Assembly: GCA_946965045.2 (NCBI GenBank)
Contig: OX337228.1
Span: 3,534,001 to 3,598,000, forward strand
From: Epithemia pelagica
Taxonomy: Eukaryota > Protista > Bacillariophyta
Direction: 5' to 3'
DNA length: 64,000 nt
Shown here piece by piece: positions 63,120-64,000 of the stretch. The translations under genes and the position numbers were made by a program. The number at the start of each line of letters is the position of its first letter. Positions within the stretch are counted from its first letter, which is position 1. The notes below the pieces were generated by a model. That model did no database searches. It worked only from the letters and a program-made list of their open reading frames with translations, and was not told the DNA's origin.

Positions 63120-64000
63120 CCCTCGGTATCAGTGTCCACTGCTTAGCTGTTTTTTGTCTGTGCCACCTTCATAGGTTCCCAAGTGGACACAGACAGAAAA
63201 TTTCACTTTTCGTCTGTCCTTTTCACCAATATGGTTCCTCGTGCTGGTGGAAATGCCGGCGTGCAAGTGACAGTTGGCCGTTAGCATCTTCCTGTGACCT
63301 TCAAATTTGGAATCCTTTCACACGACTCTCGTCTCGTCACAAAAATCTCACGCGGTGTCAAAAACATCGACATTGACCATGAAACAAGCTCTTTCCGAAT
63401 CCTTGCGACCTGAAGCAGTATTTTGGTTTTTCTCTCCTGTTGCTTGTTGTTTGTCTCTTAGCTTCTTTCATGTCCTGCATAGTTTTCTCACACGTTATCT
63501 CATTAATCTTTGTCCCTGTTAATGTTGATGCTTGGTGCTCCTTTGATTTTGTCGCAATGAAATGGAGGACAAGTCATTGTAGGCCGTTTGCCACAACTTC
63601 TCCTTGCTTTAATCGTAGTGCTGTTTGATTGTTGGTTGGTTGTGTTCTTATTTTTGTAGCATGTTTTTTTACTCTCATCATTGTGCTTCGCCCATCTCCA
63701 TGTCGACCACAGATCAAGAACCTTTCGTTGTGTGTCGGATACTCAAGTACCTAGACCTAGAGATGACGACAAACTGAGGCAGCTTGTTGCCACTAGGCCT
63801 ACTCAATCTAGTCTTCATAGATCACAGAGTCGATCAGATATGCTTCAAGATGGTCTCAAACCTACACCAGAGTGTCATGGTTGTTGAAAGCACGGCAATA
63901 ACACGCACGATCTTACAAAATCTATGAAAGATTAGAACTAAACTTCTGATAGAAACTCCTAAAATACTCCTACAAAGAAATGAAGCTCTATGTGGTCTCC
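63120..64000. mobile_element. Second, direct-orientation copy of the 85-bp-TIR element, truncated by the window end
   Basis: Near-identical to 53576-54460 apart from scattered substitutions and a ~10-bp deletion near 63300. Confidence 0.9.

Overview
Eukaryotic nuclear DNA, most likely a diatom. This is inferred from CoDi-type copia elements, an Ambal-type LINE, compact intron-poor genes and a bipartite plastid-targeting-like N-terminus. Host genes: START-domain protein, alpha/beta hydrolase, UBR-box N-recognin E3 ligase, Myb-like protein, tandem-ApaG protein and cohesin SMC3. Roughly 60% of the window is mobile DNA. (1) A hAT-like transposase (88-3807) lies tail-to-tail with an Fe-S-less endonuclease III-like DNA glycosylase (3847-5592), followed by repeat-rich candidate subterminal DNA. 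(2) A three-level nest spans 10.4-33.7 kb: a ~1.2-kb long-TIR element whose left TIR is split, with a 20-bp TSD, by an APE-RT-RNaseH LINE. The LINE ORF1 is in turn split by two related Ty1/copia elements. One copia element is non-autonomous but young, the other carries an extra ORF upstream of gag, and both have a PBS that looks like a tRNA-Asn anticodon-arm (half-tRNA) primer site. (3) An 8.1-kb tyrosine-recombinase retrotransposon with A1-B1-A2-B2 split direct repeats sits in a 48-bp gap between two direct copies of a 1.39-kb element with 85-bp perfect TIRs. No rRNA, tRNA or CRISPR array was seen. All alignments and counts were made by eye; no database search was run.
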